A stretch of 55,164 nt of DNA, filler included, from Sphacelaria rigidula (Eukaryota): NCBI GenBank assembly GCA_964200075.2. It is 4 parts of 4 records of this genome, joined end to end, with 100 filler letters (N's around TTAATTAATTAA, not from the genome) between each part and the next. Parts side by side here need not be neighbours in the genome. Positions count along the whole stretch, not along the records: positions 1 to 13,720 come from CAXNAA020002704.1; positions 13,821 to 27,539 come from CAXNAA020002705.1; 2 more parts are not named here. One strand, 5' to 3'. Below the pieces are notes generated by a model, which was not told the origin of the DNA, did no database searches, and worked only from the letters and a program-made list of their open reading frames with translations. Below are positions 11,912 through 23,035 of the stretch, piece by piece. The number at the start of each line of letters is the position of its first letter. Position 1 is the stretch's first letter. Position numbers and translations under genes: made by a program.

Positions 11912-12006
11912 CTGGTGTCCGCGCCCTCACAGTACCCCATCAGAGCAAGAACGACGGAAGCCAGAAGCACCACATAGCATAATTGAAAATGAAAGTTCAA
12001 TCTCAT
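11912..12006 (-). CDS. MLO: MLO-like protein, exon 1 (predicted signal peptide)
   Basis: ATG at 12006 gives MRLNFHFQLCYVVLLASVVLALMGYCEGADT+AG, followed by a gtatgt donor (phase 2). It has a hydrophobic core and a CEG-AD cleavage-like site. The phase matches the acceptor at 3065 (AG+T = Ser). Its link to exon 2 across about 8.8 kb is inferred. Confidence 0.65.
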
Positions 12007-12432
12007 CACGTTTCCCGGCGCTTGCCTACAAAGATCTCGAGTTGGAGGTGTGTCGCCGCAGTTGCAGTTCAAGTCGTGGGTATAGCTTAGACCGAAACGC
12101 GGATACTCAGACCTGTGATCGAACGTTTTACATATTGCTACTCGTACGGTAAATACGACCATTATTTTCATCACTATTATTTCCGCACAATATCCGAGTA
12201 CTATTATATTCTTGACTGCATTCTAGAATCACGCAGTTTGCTTTGATATATCACGCAACCCCTTGCAAAGTACTTCAATTCAGTCACGTCGTACAACTAC
12301 TGTAGTTGTAACAAGATATTGGAAGCTCAAAAAAGTGAAATTGCCGGGCAGCGTGGGGAATTCTCATATATATGTAAAAACATCAGGGATTTCCACCGTA
12401 CTACTTCTACGACTATTATACTACTGTACGAA

Positions 12433-12660
12433 GACGACTTTGTATGACAACCAATCCGTATTTGTACGGATATGAGGATTTCAGCCCGTTCAAATTCGAT
12501 TTTCTCCTGTGATTCGATCTTTCGGACCCCGGTCCGTTATGGGCAATGTTTTTCACCTAGCTCTGCGGAAACCAGATCAATCCTCCGATTCTCTGGGCGC
12601 TGACTTTTGGTTCATCACCTTTCTGTTCAGATCGGGAGACTCCCACTTCTCCCCCGATTT
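12433..12660 (+). mobile_element. Single arm of the GACCAC foldback MITE family
   Basis: Homologous to the left arms at 3284-3488 and 38263-38490. Confidence 0.8.
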
Positions 12661-13413
12661 TTAGATTTGTTTACGAGCCGGGCCAGCCTAGAAGAGGAGG
12701 CATAAAAGTTTGCAGGCGAATGCGCTGGCCAATATTTAGAGTTGGACCCTGAAATTTGGTATGGACAATGCATATTGTCGAAAAGGGAGCGGAAGAGTTC
12801 GAGGACACGTGGCGACGCGCGGACAAGCGAGAATCAGACCAACGTCACAAGCGAGAGGCTGCTACGTCGAGGGCTGCCAATCGGAAAATCCTGTCCTCTC
12901 ATATCAGTTGTTGATTATGTCCTTAGTCGGTGGCTCCGCGGTGCCCACTGGCTTGTATCTGCATCTACTCTGCTGCCATGAATCCCTTGTTTTATTTTTT
13001 CCCTTTTCCCCCCATCGTTCCATTGTATTTAATTATTTATTTATTATTTAATTTGTACTTTCTTCTTGTTTTCCTCTTTCTTGATTTAGGTCGGCCATTT
13101 CTTCCTGCGCTTTGCTTGCGTTGAATTTTTATTACTTTTTTTTGTCACGACTTAGTTTGCTTTGTCATTCTGTTCGATCCCTCTTTTTTTTTCTTTTTTT
13201 TCCTGTTCCTGTTGTTTTCTGTTCCCTTCTTTTTTTTGTCCTCAGAGCGTGTTTGAATTCCGTTTTTCTTGAGTACGTTTATCATGAGACCACGGCTGAA
13301 CCCCTGGGGGGTCAGTCAAAGCGCGACAATCAAAAATCAAATCAATAAATAATCATAGAGCATAATAAAAAATCGGGAAGAAGTACCAGATTTTTTTTTT
13401 CTTTTTTCGTGAG

Positions 13414-13669
13414 GACATTTTTTACGATAGCCCTCGCCCCCCAAAAAGTGCATGGTTTTGGGAGGCGAACTCTTCACGTAAATCGAAGTGGGGAAAGCCG
13501 AGCACACAGAGAAGCTGGAAATTCCCATGATTGGGTTCGTTCTAGTCAACGTCGCCAATATGAGGCGCTTCATGCAGCCTGAACCCGAACATCAGGCGCT
13601 GTATGGCCATTTTTTTCGTTACACTTTTGAGCTGGTTTTTTTGGGGGGGGGGGTATCGTAGAAAGTGTC
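13414..13669. mobile_element. MITE with GACA termini and apparent 4-bp TSD
   Basis: TIRs GACATTTTTTACGATAGCCC / GGGTATCGTAGAAAGTGTC, flanked by tgag/tgag. Partial copies lie at contig starts, 13821-13967 (inverted) and 27640-27749. Confidence 0.7.
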
Positions 13670-13720
13670 TGAGTTAACCCTTAGGCCGCGAGGATAGTCT
13701 TCTGTTCAATCGGCATCAAC

Positions 13721-13820
13721 NNNNNNNNNNNNNNNNNNNNNNNNNNNNNNNNNNNNNNNNNNNNTTAATTAATTAANNNNNNNNNNNNNNNNNNNNNNNN
13801 NNNNNNNNNNNNNNNNNNNN
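13721..13820. other. Artificial contig spacer (N44-TTAATTAATTAA-N44)
   Basis: An identical 100-nt linker occurs at all three gaps. Confidence 0.95.
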
Positions 13821-14120
13821 TCATATTGGCGACATTGGCTAGAACAAACCCAAGCGTGAGAATTCCTAGCTTCTCGTTGTGCTTGGTTTTCCCCATTTCG
13901 ATTTACGTGAAGATTTTGCCTCCCAGAACCATGCACTTTTCTGGGGGGGGCTATCGTAGAAAGTGTCTACAATCCATTGTCCAAGGTATGAAAATGTGCC
14001 ACATTGCCGCCACAGGCAGAATGAAGGAATGATTATAGTTCGGAGTACATTAGTCAGTACAAAAAAGCACAAACATGAACGTATTCGCTGTGGCCGCAGG
14101 TACTTTAAGGATGCTCTCAC

Positions 14121-14216
14121 ATGCTTAGCCCAGATATCCCCGACGCGCATTTGTCTGCAGATGGATCCCAGATACATCCCCACTATCTCCTTTGGCCACT
14201 CACTGTCATCGGGGAT
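14121..14216 (-). CDS. HA (helicase-associated)-like repeat protein, exon d
   Basis: aaaag|IPDDSEWPKEIVGMYLGSICRQMRVGDIWAKH|gtgaga, phase 0/0. It completes the stramenopile HA-like motif 'W..v..aL..Yk..yGdl.vp..F.vP...WP....Gm.LG.....iR'. Confidence 0.8.
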
Positions 14217-14479
14217 CTTTTGCGGGCACAGAACATGGGAGGGGGCGGGGGTGCAAAAGCCAGCGTCACGAATTTTTTGTAAAGCAATATTCATGTGCAC
14301 CTACTTCAGACACAATATTCAAGTCATACTCCACCCGAACCTCCGACTACAAAAATACACAGAGTCTACCATCAAGCAAGTACTCTCCACACATATGATA
14401 CTCGCAACAAAAAGGTACAGTACCGTACAGCACATAGGAGCACAGCAAAGCATCATGAAAATGGTACGACGCAACTCAC

Positions 14480-14644
14480 CAAAAAGTTATCGCGCGGCAA
14501 GTCCCCGTACAGATTCTTGTACAACAGCAGTCCTCGCTGCACATCTTCCCACAAAAAACCATCTCCGAACTCGTCCCACTCGAAATTCGCCTCAATAACA
14601 TGGTCTCTCTGATCCTCCGGCAGCCACAATAATCCCGCGGCCGC
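14480..14644 (-). CDS. HA-like repeat protein, exon c
   Basis: caccag|AAAGLLWLPEDQRDHVIEANFEWDEFGDGFLWEDVQRGLLLYKNLYGDLPRDNFL|gtgagt, 165 nt, phase 0/0. Confidence 0.8.
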
Positions 14645-16567
14645 CTGGTGAAAATATGCAATGACGAAGACGGGGGAGGGGGTGTACTCATGATCTTGCA
14701 TGCCGTAGTCCATATAACCGTTGGCCTCGCATCCCTACAAGGCCGGAGCGGAGCACGCTGGGTTTTCCCCCGACCAGGATTGCAATCAATCACCAAGCGA
14801 AGCGCCGTGATGTATTCGGCGAGTTGCATGAAGGGTGAGCTGCAACCTGCTAATATTGTTCGTCCCAAAGCGTACCGATTATCTTGCATATGAGTGACAG
14901 CCTCCAATCAGCTTCTTTATTTTCTGGTTTCGCCACCTCAAGAGACACCCACGGGTTCCACACCGCCTCATGGGTGTCTCACCATTCAAGCGCTATGTGG
15001 CATGACCATCCCCATTGCAGTAAAATTGAGGTTCCCCCCACCCCGCACGATATGATCTAGGGGATGACAAGAATTAAAAAAACTACCAACGATTTTTTGG
15101 CAAAATCATGACAGTACAACGGATAAATCAGAGGGGGCAACGAACACAGAGTGCATGCTTCTTTTGCACTGTGGGGGAGGGTCGTGGACAAGAGCGGAGC
15201 TGGTTGGCTGTCCCAACGACTTGAGTTGACCGCGTTGGGCATTAGCTCGTAATACTGTTATGAAAGAAGGTCTGACGCCTTCATGGGGTTAAATCACGAT
15301 CCATTTGCGATGAGTTTGAAATACTTCGCCGTTGACTGCTGCCGAGATAGCCCCCCCTCGGACCGGCCAAAAACGTACACGGAGGCGATGATCATGAATG
15401 CTCTTGGAGTTAGTTTCGTGCTGCAAGACGCGACTCATTTGGGCGTCACAGCTGATTTCGGATAGCTACACGCCTCTAATGTGATCAAAATTAAAACCCA
15501 ACAGTGGGATCGCAGCCGGTTCGTCGGACGTCCTCTGGTGCACTTTTTGTGTGTGTGTGTGGGGGGGGGGGGGGGGGGGGGTTTTTTCGCCTTTAGTCGT
15601 TTCTCCAGGGATATTTTTTTCCCGGGGGGTTTTTTTTTTTTTTGGGANNNNNNNNNNGGGTCTTGGGGGGGGTGGGGGGGGTCGGTTTGGTTTTGTGGTG
15701 GGGTGGGGTGGGGGGGGGGGGGGGGGGGGGAGGGGGTTATCTCGCCCTTAGTCCGTTTCTCACGGATGATTTTTTTCCCGGCGGATTCTTTAGTTTTTGG
15801 GACACTTTATCCAATCTTTGCCCCCCTCGCAGGGAATATCGGCATTACATGCCCTCGACATTTTCCATGACCCCGACGGGAAAAGTCTAGCCAATCTTTG
15901 CGATTCGCTTCGCCCTCAGATTTGAAAAAATAACGACTGAACAAAAACCAAGCTGGACATGAAGATGAAAAGTCAACAAAATCACTACAGAAAGCTACAG
16001 ATATCGTACATTTTTTTTTCAATACCAGCCGGATATTTGTTCAAAGGCCAATCTCGAAGCTCAGAGCCAAGCGAATTGTAAAAGTGGACTAGAATCCTCT
16101 CGGTGAGGTCACGCAAAGCATTTCAACACATGCGATGGCGATACGATGACGATACTCCTTGCATAGGGGCCAAAAACTTGATAAAGTGTCCCGAGACCGA
16201 AATATCCGCCGAAAAAAGCAAAAATACTTTGTGTATATCTACAAAAAAGGTCTGAAGTTTTGATATTTTCACCACAACATATTTTGGCGTATCTGTTGAA
16301 GATATTAAGACATTTACTGCAAGAATTATTTGGGAATGTTTACCGCGAGAGGCTCGTGCGTGTAAACGCAAGTCGCCAAAAGTGACCAAATTGGTTTACA
16401 GATGGATCGGCTACGCACACGGCTACTTCACGTCAGACTCTGTGTTCATAAACAAGAAAAACTAGTGTTTAAAAAATAAGAAGAAAACTGCAAAAATGAT
16501 AGCAGCAGCGGAACGTACCAACGCCTCTAGTGTGCATCGCTGCTGTTATATGTAGCCATGAAGATTT

Positions 16568-16772
16568 CAAGGGCAGGTCGAGTGGAGTATACTCAATCGC
16601 GGGGTGTTTTGAAATACGTACTTGGGGTAGTCAAGTGAGGGTAGAGTTTTGGGAGTCGTACCCAAAAAATAGTTGGGACGCGATTCCTTAAACCCTACCC
16701 CCAATTTGTGTACTTCAAGTACGACTTTCAAAATACCCCGCTATTGAGTATACTCTACTTGACCTACCCTTG
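16568..16772. mobile_element. hAT-like foldback MITE
   Basis: Whole-length imperfect palindrome CAAGGGCAGGTC…GACCTACCCTTG, with a perfect 8-bp TSD gaagattt (16560-16567, 16773-16780). Confidence 0.9.
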
Positions 16773-17024
16773 GAAGATTTAAAAAGCCACTTCACGGTCA
16801 TGTTGTGACTCGAGAAATATGTCACCTTTGTATCTATTCATCTTCAACACGAAGTATCTGATTTTCACTGTAGAAAGCGTGAGTGTACACGTGAGTAAAC
16901 AATACGTAGTTGACCGAGTGTGTTTCACGAGAGTTGGCGCGGCGCAGAAGTGCTGGTCATGATCCAATCTACAAGACCAAAAAGAAAGGCGTGTACCGGA
17001 AAAGATGAGTCGATCCCTCGAATC

Positions 17025-17259
17025 TCGGGCCCAAATCGGGGGGGATGCGGGAGTCTCCCGATCTGAGCAGAAAGATGGTGAACCAAAGGTCAGCCTCCAG
17101 AGAATCGGAGAATTGATCTGATTTCCTCAGAGCTAGGCGAAAAACATTGCCCAACGGACTGGGGTCCGAAAAATCAATCCACGGAAGAGAACCGCCTGTA
17201 GACGGGCTAAAAATCCTCATATTTGTACAAAGACAGATTGGTTGCCATACAAGATGGTC
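17025..17259 (-). mobile_element. Single arm of the GACCAC foldback MITE family
   Basis: Homologous to the right arms at 3488-3692 and 38500-38723. Confidence 0.8.
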
Positions 17260-17523
17260 CAAGCACAGCACCAGAGCCGTGGTGAAAAAACAGGGTCGTG
17301 ATTCATATAACTCCCTCGTGACCGAGGAGTTGATGAAGTCAATTCCCACTAGTGATCGTACGGGAAAATAGTGTGTGTTGAAATTCCACCGCCTCGTGTA
17401 CTCAACTGTTTAACTGGGCATACCGCAATACCACGTGCCACGTGCAAATTGTTAAATGCCAAGGCTACTGTGCCTGTCTGCCCCCCCACCAGAAAAAAAA
17501 ACAAAACACAACAGGCAACTTAC

Positions 17524-17680
17524 CGTGCTGCATCCCGGTGGAACACGGCGCCCCTGATTCCTGTCTTGCAATCCCGTCCCGCCGTCATCGAATATCTCAA
17601 TCTCCCCTGATTCCGTGCGATCGAAAGAGTCCTCGTCGAAGCTACCGTCAGGGGATTCCAGCCCGTATGACACTTTCGTC
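17524..17680 (-). CDS. HA-like repeat protein, exon b
   Basis: ggcag|G+TKVSYGLESPDGSFDEDSFDRTESGEIEIFDDGGTGLQDRNQGRRVPPGCST|gtaagt, phase 2/0, compatible with both neighbouring exons. Confidence 0.7.
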
Positions 17681-17769
17681 CTGCCGAGCGTAAGGGCCGA
17701 CGTATGCAGAGGAACACAGGCATTTGTCTGTATGCGGTGCTTTCCGAGGAGGTTAATAAATGGTCGAGT

Positions 17770-18760
17770 GAGAGGGGGAAGGCGGGGGGACGGGGCGTAC
17801 ACATTTGTGACTTGCCGTAGTTATTTGAATATTGACCGCGTATCACTTTCGAGACGGAGCACCGTTCCTGCTGCTAATAGAGACACCTGCAACACTTGGG
17901 CGCCCATTACGTTCCTTCCACACATTACACAAGAGCCTTTTACACACCTTACCCCCTTCCCAGAGGCGAGAGGGGCGGGGGGAAGGGGGGGCGCGTACTC
18001 ATTTGTGACTTGCCTTAGTCGTTTGGCCATTGAACACGCCTCCCTTTCGAGACGGAGCACGGTTCCTATTCCTGATAGAGACTCCTCCGATATTCCGGCG
18101 TTCAATCCATTTCTTCCATACATTACACCGAAACCTATTACACAACTCATCCCCGTCTTGTTTCGTCGTCTGTGATCACCATCCATCTCCTACTATAACC
18201 ATCGTTTTCTCCCTACTGTCTAATGCATCAAACGATTTCATCCTGCCTTCGTTCACATCCCGCATTTCCCCCTCTGGCACGTCCCGTTCCTCCTTGTATA
18301 TTTCCTATTCTGCCACTATATGACTTCTGCTCTATATTGCTTCGCCATACGGGGAAATCTGTGTCTACTTCCTCCTCCTCTCGACTACTGGTATATTTCT
18401 TCCTTCTTTCTGGCAGGTCCAGGTCGTAGTATCAAATTTCTGCCTCCATTGAGCCATGCAGGTGTGTTTTCATCCCTATCCCTTTTATCAACCCACCTTA
18501 TATCTTCATGTGATCTTCCTTGTCTACTGTGCGTCTGAGCGCTTCTTTTTTCCCTTATTTCTATCGTGAACCTTACTTTTGTCTTGTACCCCGTGCCTTC
18601 ACCCATGGACAGTATTCCGTCTTGGTTTCTATCTCCCTCCATACTTCCTCGACTTGTCTATCCCACCTTATTCCAGCCCACCCTTTCCTAATTTTCTTCC
18701 AGACAGGCCCATCCACTACAGCTGGCAATCTCTTTCTCTGCATCTTCTTGACGCTGTATT
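17770..18760 (-). mobile_element. LINE ORF2 C-terminus and 3' end (degenerate), with a second 3'-end copy in tandem
   Basis: Frameshifted translation …LPAVVDGPVWKKIRKG…WDRQVEEVW…KSFDALDSREKTMVIVGDGW…NVWKK…APSRKGGVFNGQTTKASHK*, followed by a C-rich tail. The 3' end is repeated at about 17770-17940. Confidence 0.75.
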
Positions 18761-20571
18761 GCTATATTGCCATCTCAGTTTTCCAGATGTCGACACAGAT
18801 CAGGTCGTGACAGATCCGTATCGGCTCATCTGGGGCATAGATCGTGACCTGTCCGAGGTGTGCTGTCAACTGTGCACGTTAGTCTGATGGTTATCTGTAT
18901 GACCCGCTCCATCCGTACGTGATTGCCCAGTGACGAGCTGTATGACCTGCGTCATACACACACGTTCATGTACAACTGATCTCCAGAACCGTGTCATCCG
19001 CGCAACGTCACACAGCTGTCATCTCTGTAACTCGGTTCATTTAATGCAGCAGCTCGTCATACACCCGTGCGATTCGAATCTCATGTATACCAGAAGATAC
19101 CCCTCACCTATGGATCCTGAATCCAGTATACAATAAACAGTTCTCCGCACCCGTGAGATCCGAATCCAGTGTACAACAATCACTTTCGCAGTATATCGCA
19201 CCTGCTAAGCTGTATGACCCGGGTACATCGTGCACGTTCACAAGTCCGTAGGTTGACAGTGACAGCCTGGGCACATGAAACATGAAGCTCGTATATTATT
19301 TCCGAGTCGTTATACGGCAGATGTGCAGACGTTTCTTCCAGGGCACTCATCTCTGCACTTTAAAACTTGAGGCAGGCTACTACTAGGATGGTGGACGAAT
19401 TGGGGACCCTTCTTTCGACTTGACTTCGGACAGGGCCCCCCACGTGGTCCTCCATCGTAGTACGAGGTTGGCCCGACGCTTGGCTTTTGAAGTGTGACGA
19501 TTGTTGAATTTTGCGACGTGTAACGATAAGTGCCCTGTGTTCTCCCTTGAGGATCTGCACTGTCGGGGGTTGTCCATGACCAAAATCTGGACCATAAAAT
19601 CTAGTGTGCAGCCTCGGAAAAAAATTGGACTGGAAAGCTAGACGTTTGCTTATTATGCTAGCACGGGTTCTGTGTGCATGTGACCCATCATCATTTTCAA
19701 GATGAACGATTTTTTTTCGAAAACCGTCCTAGCATAACAAGTAAAAGCCTATGAAAAGCGCACCCCTACCGTGGAATCACGATCCCCGTCCAGGACTGAC
19801 TGGTAACGTACGAGTATCACTGTTGAAATTCGATCTGCTTGCGTGCTCAACACAGTGTAGGTGTGGAAGAAACGGGATATATCATGAGCTAAGGAGCGAG
19901 GTCATTTCTCACTACAAGCATCACGATGATGACAGCCGCCCCCGTTAGCGTGACTTAGTTAGAAACCACAGCAGCGGCCTCGGAGCACAAGCATCGGCAG
20001 CGCAACAACAATATCAACATCCGCGGAAGGGCAGCCCGATGTCGTTTTTGTTGAGTTGGAGGGAAACGATGGAAACGATGATAGCGATGGAAACGATGAT
20101 AGCACTAGACCTGCGGGGTTGTAATTTGCGTAGATGATAAATCTGTGCAGTTGTGCCAGCGATACTACGGACGACTGTTTTCGTATTTCCTTGTTCAGGT
20201 TGCGCACTTATGCGCGGCGGAAAAAGGAAGAAATTTAATATTGCTATGTGGACAATTGAATCATGACGCCGTTCAACCAGCGTCTGATGTAAATTACCCG
20301 GGAAGAGTCCTCAACGTGTACTCTGCCGGCGTTAATGAAGCACGGGTCCCCCCCGCGAGCCTGCCCGACGATCAGCCGTGTGACCTATGCGATCTGTGGG
20401 TGATCTATATATGTATGACACGTTCAACCTATACACCATTCTCGATGACCTGTAGAACTCGGTCGCTCCATACACATATCCCGATGAACGATTCGTATGA
20501 CACTGTGAGTCGTTCAAGTCCGCCTCATGGGGATCTGTATGACCCGAAAATTCGTACGAACCTGTCGTTGT

Positions 20572-20855
20572 TAGAGCTCGGAAATGGTGCCAGCCCTTGA
20601 AAATTGGCCCAAATGTATCGTATTTTTTAGCTCTAGTGACGCCAAATCGCATAAAAACGTGTCTCAGGCACGGCGCCTCCAGCGGGGCCCTCCGTGGGCG
20701 CCTCCGGCCGGGCGCCCTTTACCAGGGGGGGCTTTTCGGCTCGCGACTGCTCCTCTCGATGACCAAACCATCATGTACAATTTAACTGATTAACGAGTGC
20801 GCTACGCGTAACCATTCAACTGATTAATGGTTAGACAAACCATTTCCGAGCTCTA
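20572..20855. mobile_element. hAT-like MITE nested in the LINE
   Basis: TIRs TAGAGCTCGGAAATGGT / ACCATTTCCGAGCTCTA. 8-bp TSD gtcgttgt / gtcattgt. Confidence 0.8.
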
Positions 20856-21129
20856 GTCATTGTTGATTCGTTTTCTCTTCCGATATGTACATCATCTCCA
20901 TGGACACACCTGTGTAATCCGAATCAGGTGTCTCGCAACGCCAACAGCAACCTGTGTACCCTCACAACTCGTACAAGATACCTCTCTCGTGAACGATGAT
21001 ACCCGCGTCACGAGTACTTTTCCATGACTGGATGCATTGTGTCATTTAAATCGTCTACACTCGTGTGCTCACACTTGACCTGTATGACTCAAGTGACACA
21101 GATAACGATCTGTCCGACGTGTGCAGTTT

Positions 21130-21505
21130 TCCCAATCCTCTGCTTCATGTGGGTACATTCCCAACTCTGCTTGCTCTCAATGCTGCATTACTCGTCGTTA
21201 TCGAGCATCCCAGTATCTTTTTAGCTGCTGCCACCTGTACTGTTTCCAACTTCTCCACCAACTTCAAGTTCCCATCCCATACTTCTGCATATTCCAGCTT
21301 TGGTACAATCACGTTCGTCAGGATATCAATCTTAGTCCTAGTATCTAGGTGCGAGCGTCTGAGAACCATGTCCATCCTACCCATCTATGCCTCACCCTTC
21401 TCCATTATTTTGTTCATGTGTGCATCCCAATAACAGTTCCTTGAGATCTCTACGCCAAGGTATATATACTGTTCTACGATCCGAGGTTCCTCTTCTCCCC
21501 ACTCT
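21130..21505 (-). mobile_element. LINE reverse transcriptase C-terminal/thumb fragment (pseudogenised)
   Basis: VEQYIYLGVEISRNCYWDAHMNK…LDTRTKIDILTNVIVPKLEYAEVWDGN…LETVQVAAAKKILGCS…NAALRA, typical of non-LTR RT domain 7 and thumb. Confidence 0.85.
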
Positions 21506-22054
21506 CGTTGTACTCTGACGGATTTTTCTGATCACGTCGATGACTCTTCTCCAAAACATTCCGTCAGACGCTGGCCGAACGACGTTATGATGAGTCTATT
21601 GTGCGTATAGCTGTATCTTCATAATTTCCTTTTCCCGTAGCGCATGAGTGTGCACCCCGAACGAGAAATACGAAAACAGCCGTCCATACTGCCGCTGGCA
21701 CAACTATATCCATACATACGTGTCATCTACGCCAAAGACAACCACCACTTCTCACTACTTCTGCTGCTGCTATCGGAGTGAAGAAGTTCCGCTCCAAACT
21801 GCGTTTGCTTGAACAGATGACACAGTCTGCAGATGAGTTGTGCTCGAAAAAGTGTGTGTGGGGAGCGGGTCCTACAGGTCATCGATCGGCAAGTATGTAT
21901 GGGTCAAGCGGGTCGTACATATCACCACTAGACAAACGCGCACAGGTGGCAGCGCACCGCGGACAGATCACGATCTATGCCCTAAACGGCCTGACCCGGA
22001 TCTGTCACAAGCTGATCTATCCGACATGTGAAATATTTCCATATTTCCCTGTCT

Positions 22055-23035
22055 AGCATCATGGCACTTTTGGCACATTCTGTCATCTTCATTCTCCACA
22101 TCTCTCCTCTGATCCCAGCCCCCCACAACTTTTTCTACAGCCCGTTTTTTCACACTATGCCATAAGCCTTTTGTACGTCCAGAAAGAAACAATGCGTTGT
22201 CAGCGCTACATCTTTCCAACCTTGGATAACCTTCCCTAGTGTATACAGACGGTCTACGCAACTACGGTTTGGTCCAAAACCTACTTGTCCCTCGCTGACA
22301 TTCTCTTCCTTTCCTAGTATCGTTCCCACTGCATCATTCAGAACCTTACAGGATGTTTTCCCTACCGTGCTGAGTAGCGTTATCCCTTTATGATTCCCTG
22401 GGTCAGCCTTGTCTCTTTTTTTGAAAATATTGACTACTACTCCTCCTCTCCACCTCTTGGGTGTGCACTCGTTTTCCCAGATCCAGCTATACAGCATAAC
22501 CATCACGGTGATCACTCCCTCTCCCCCGTACTTTAGAGATTCACTATCTTGTCCGCCTCTGCTTGCTTTCTGTTCTTGAGTTTAGCTACACATTTTTTCA
22601 TTTCATTTCTAGTGATACTCTCCCTGCATTTCTTTGGAGCCATTATCCTCCCGTTTTGACGCCTCTACATTTGCCTCTGCCCACGCATTGATTTCTTTTT
22701 CGAATTCCATGTCGAACTTGGTGTTCGTTTTCGGTGTTCCAAATTTACGGTAGTGCTCTACTAGTACATAAGTGTTTCCCTTCGAACTACTGACCATTTT
22801 ACCGTTGTGTGCCCGTAGTGTGGCCATCATCTTGTCTATCTTTCCTGCCTGGTTTCCTGTTATTCCTCTTATCCCCATCAACATTTGCTTCATGGAGAAA
22901 GGCCAACGCAAGATGCATATCGAGTAAAACTACGGTAGGATGAGAGGAGTATATCAAAGGATGGTAGAGAAAAAGAAGGTAGTATGGGAAGATCTAGTGC
23001 ATAAAGCAATTGAAGATTTCGATGGCGGGATGACG
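22055..23035 (-). mobile_element. LINE ORF2 reverse transcriptase N-terminal fragment (pseudogenised)
   Basis: …IWENECTPKRWRGGVVVNIFKKRDKADPGNHKGITLLSTVGK…SEGQVGFGPNRSCVDRLYTL…CFFLDVQKAYGIV*, matching non-LTR RT domains 0-3. It has stops and frameshifts, and the YADD region was not found. Confidence 0.9.

Noticed and set aside
13765..13776. Palindromic TTAATTAATTAA motif repeated at about 13.8-kb periodicity
   Set aside because: It is embedded in Ns and identical at all three gaps. It is an artificial six-frame-stop linker, not biology.
13963..14598. 211-aa plus-strand ORF
   Set aside because: It is the antisense shadow of the minus-strand HA-like exons.
15550..15740. G-run region suggesting a G-quadruplex, and Gly-rich ORFs
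   Set aside because: Homopolymer-rich with internal Ns, so probably low-quality consensus.
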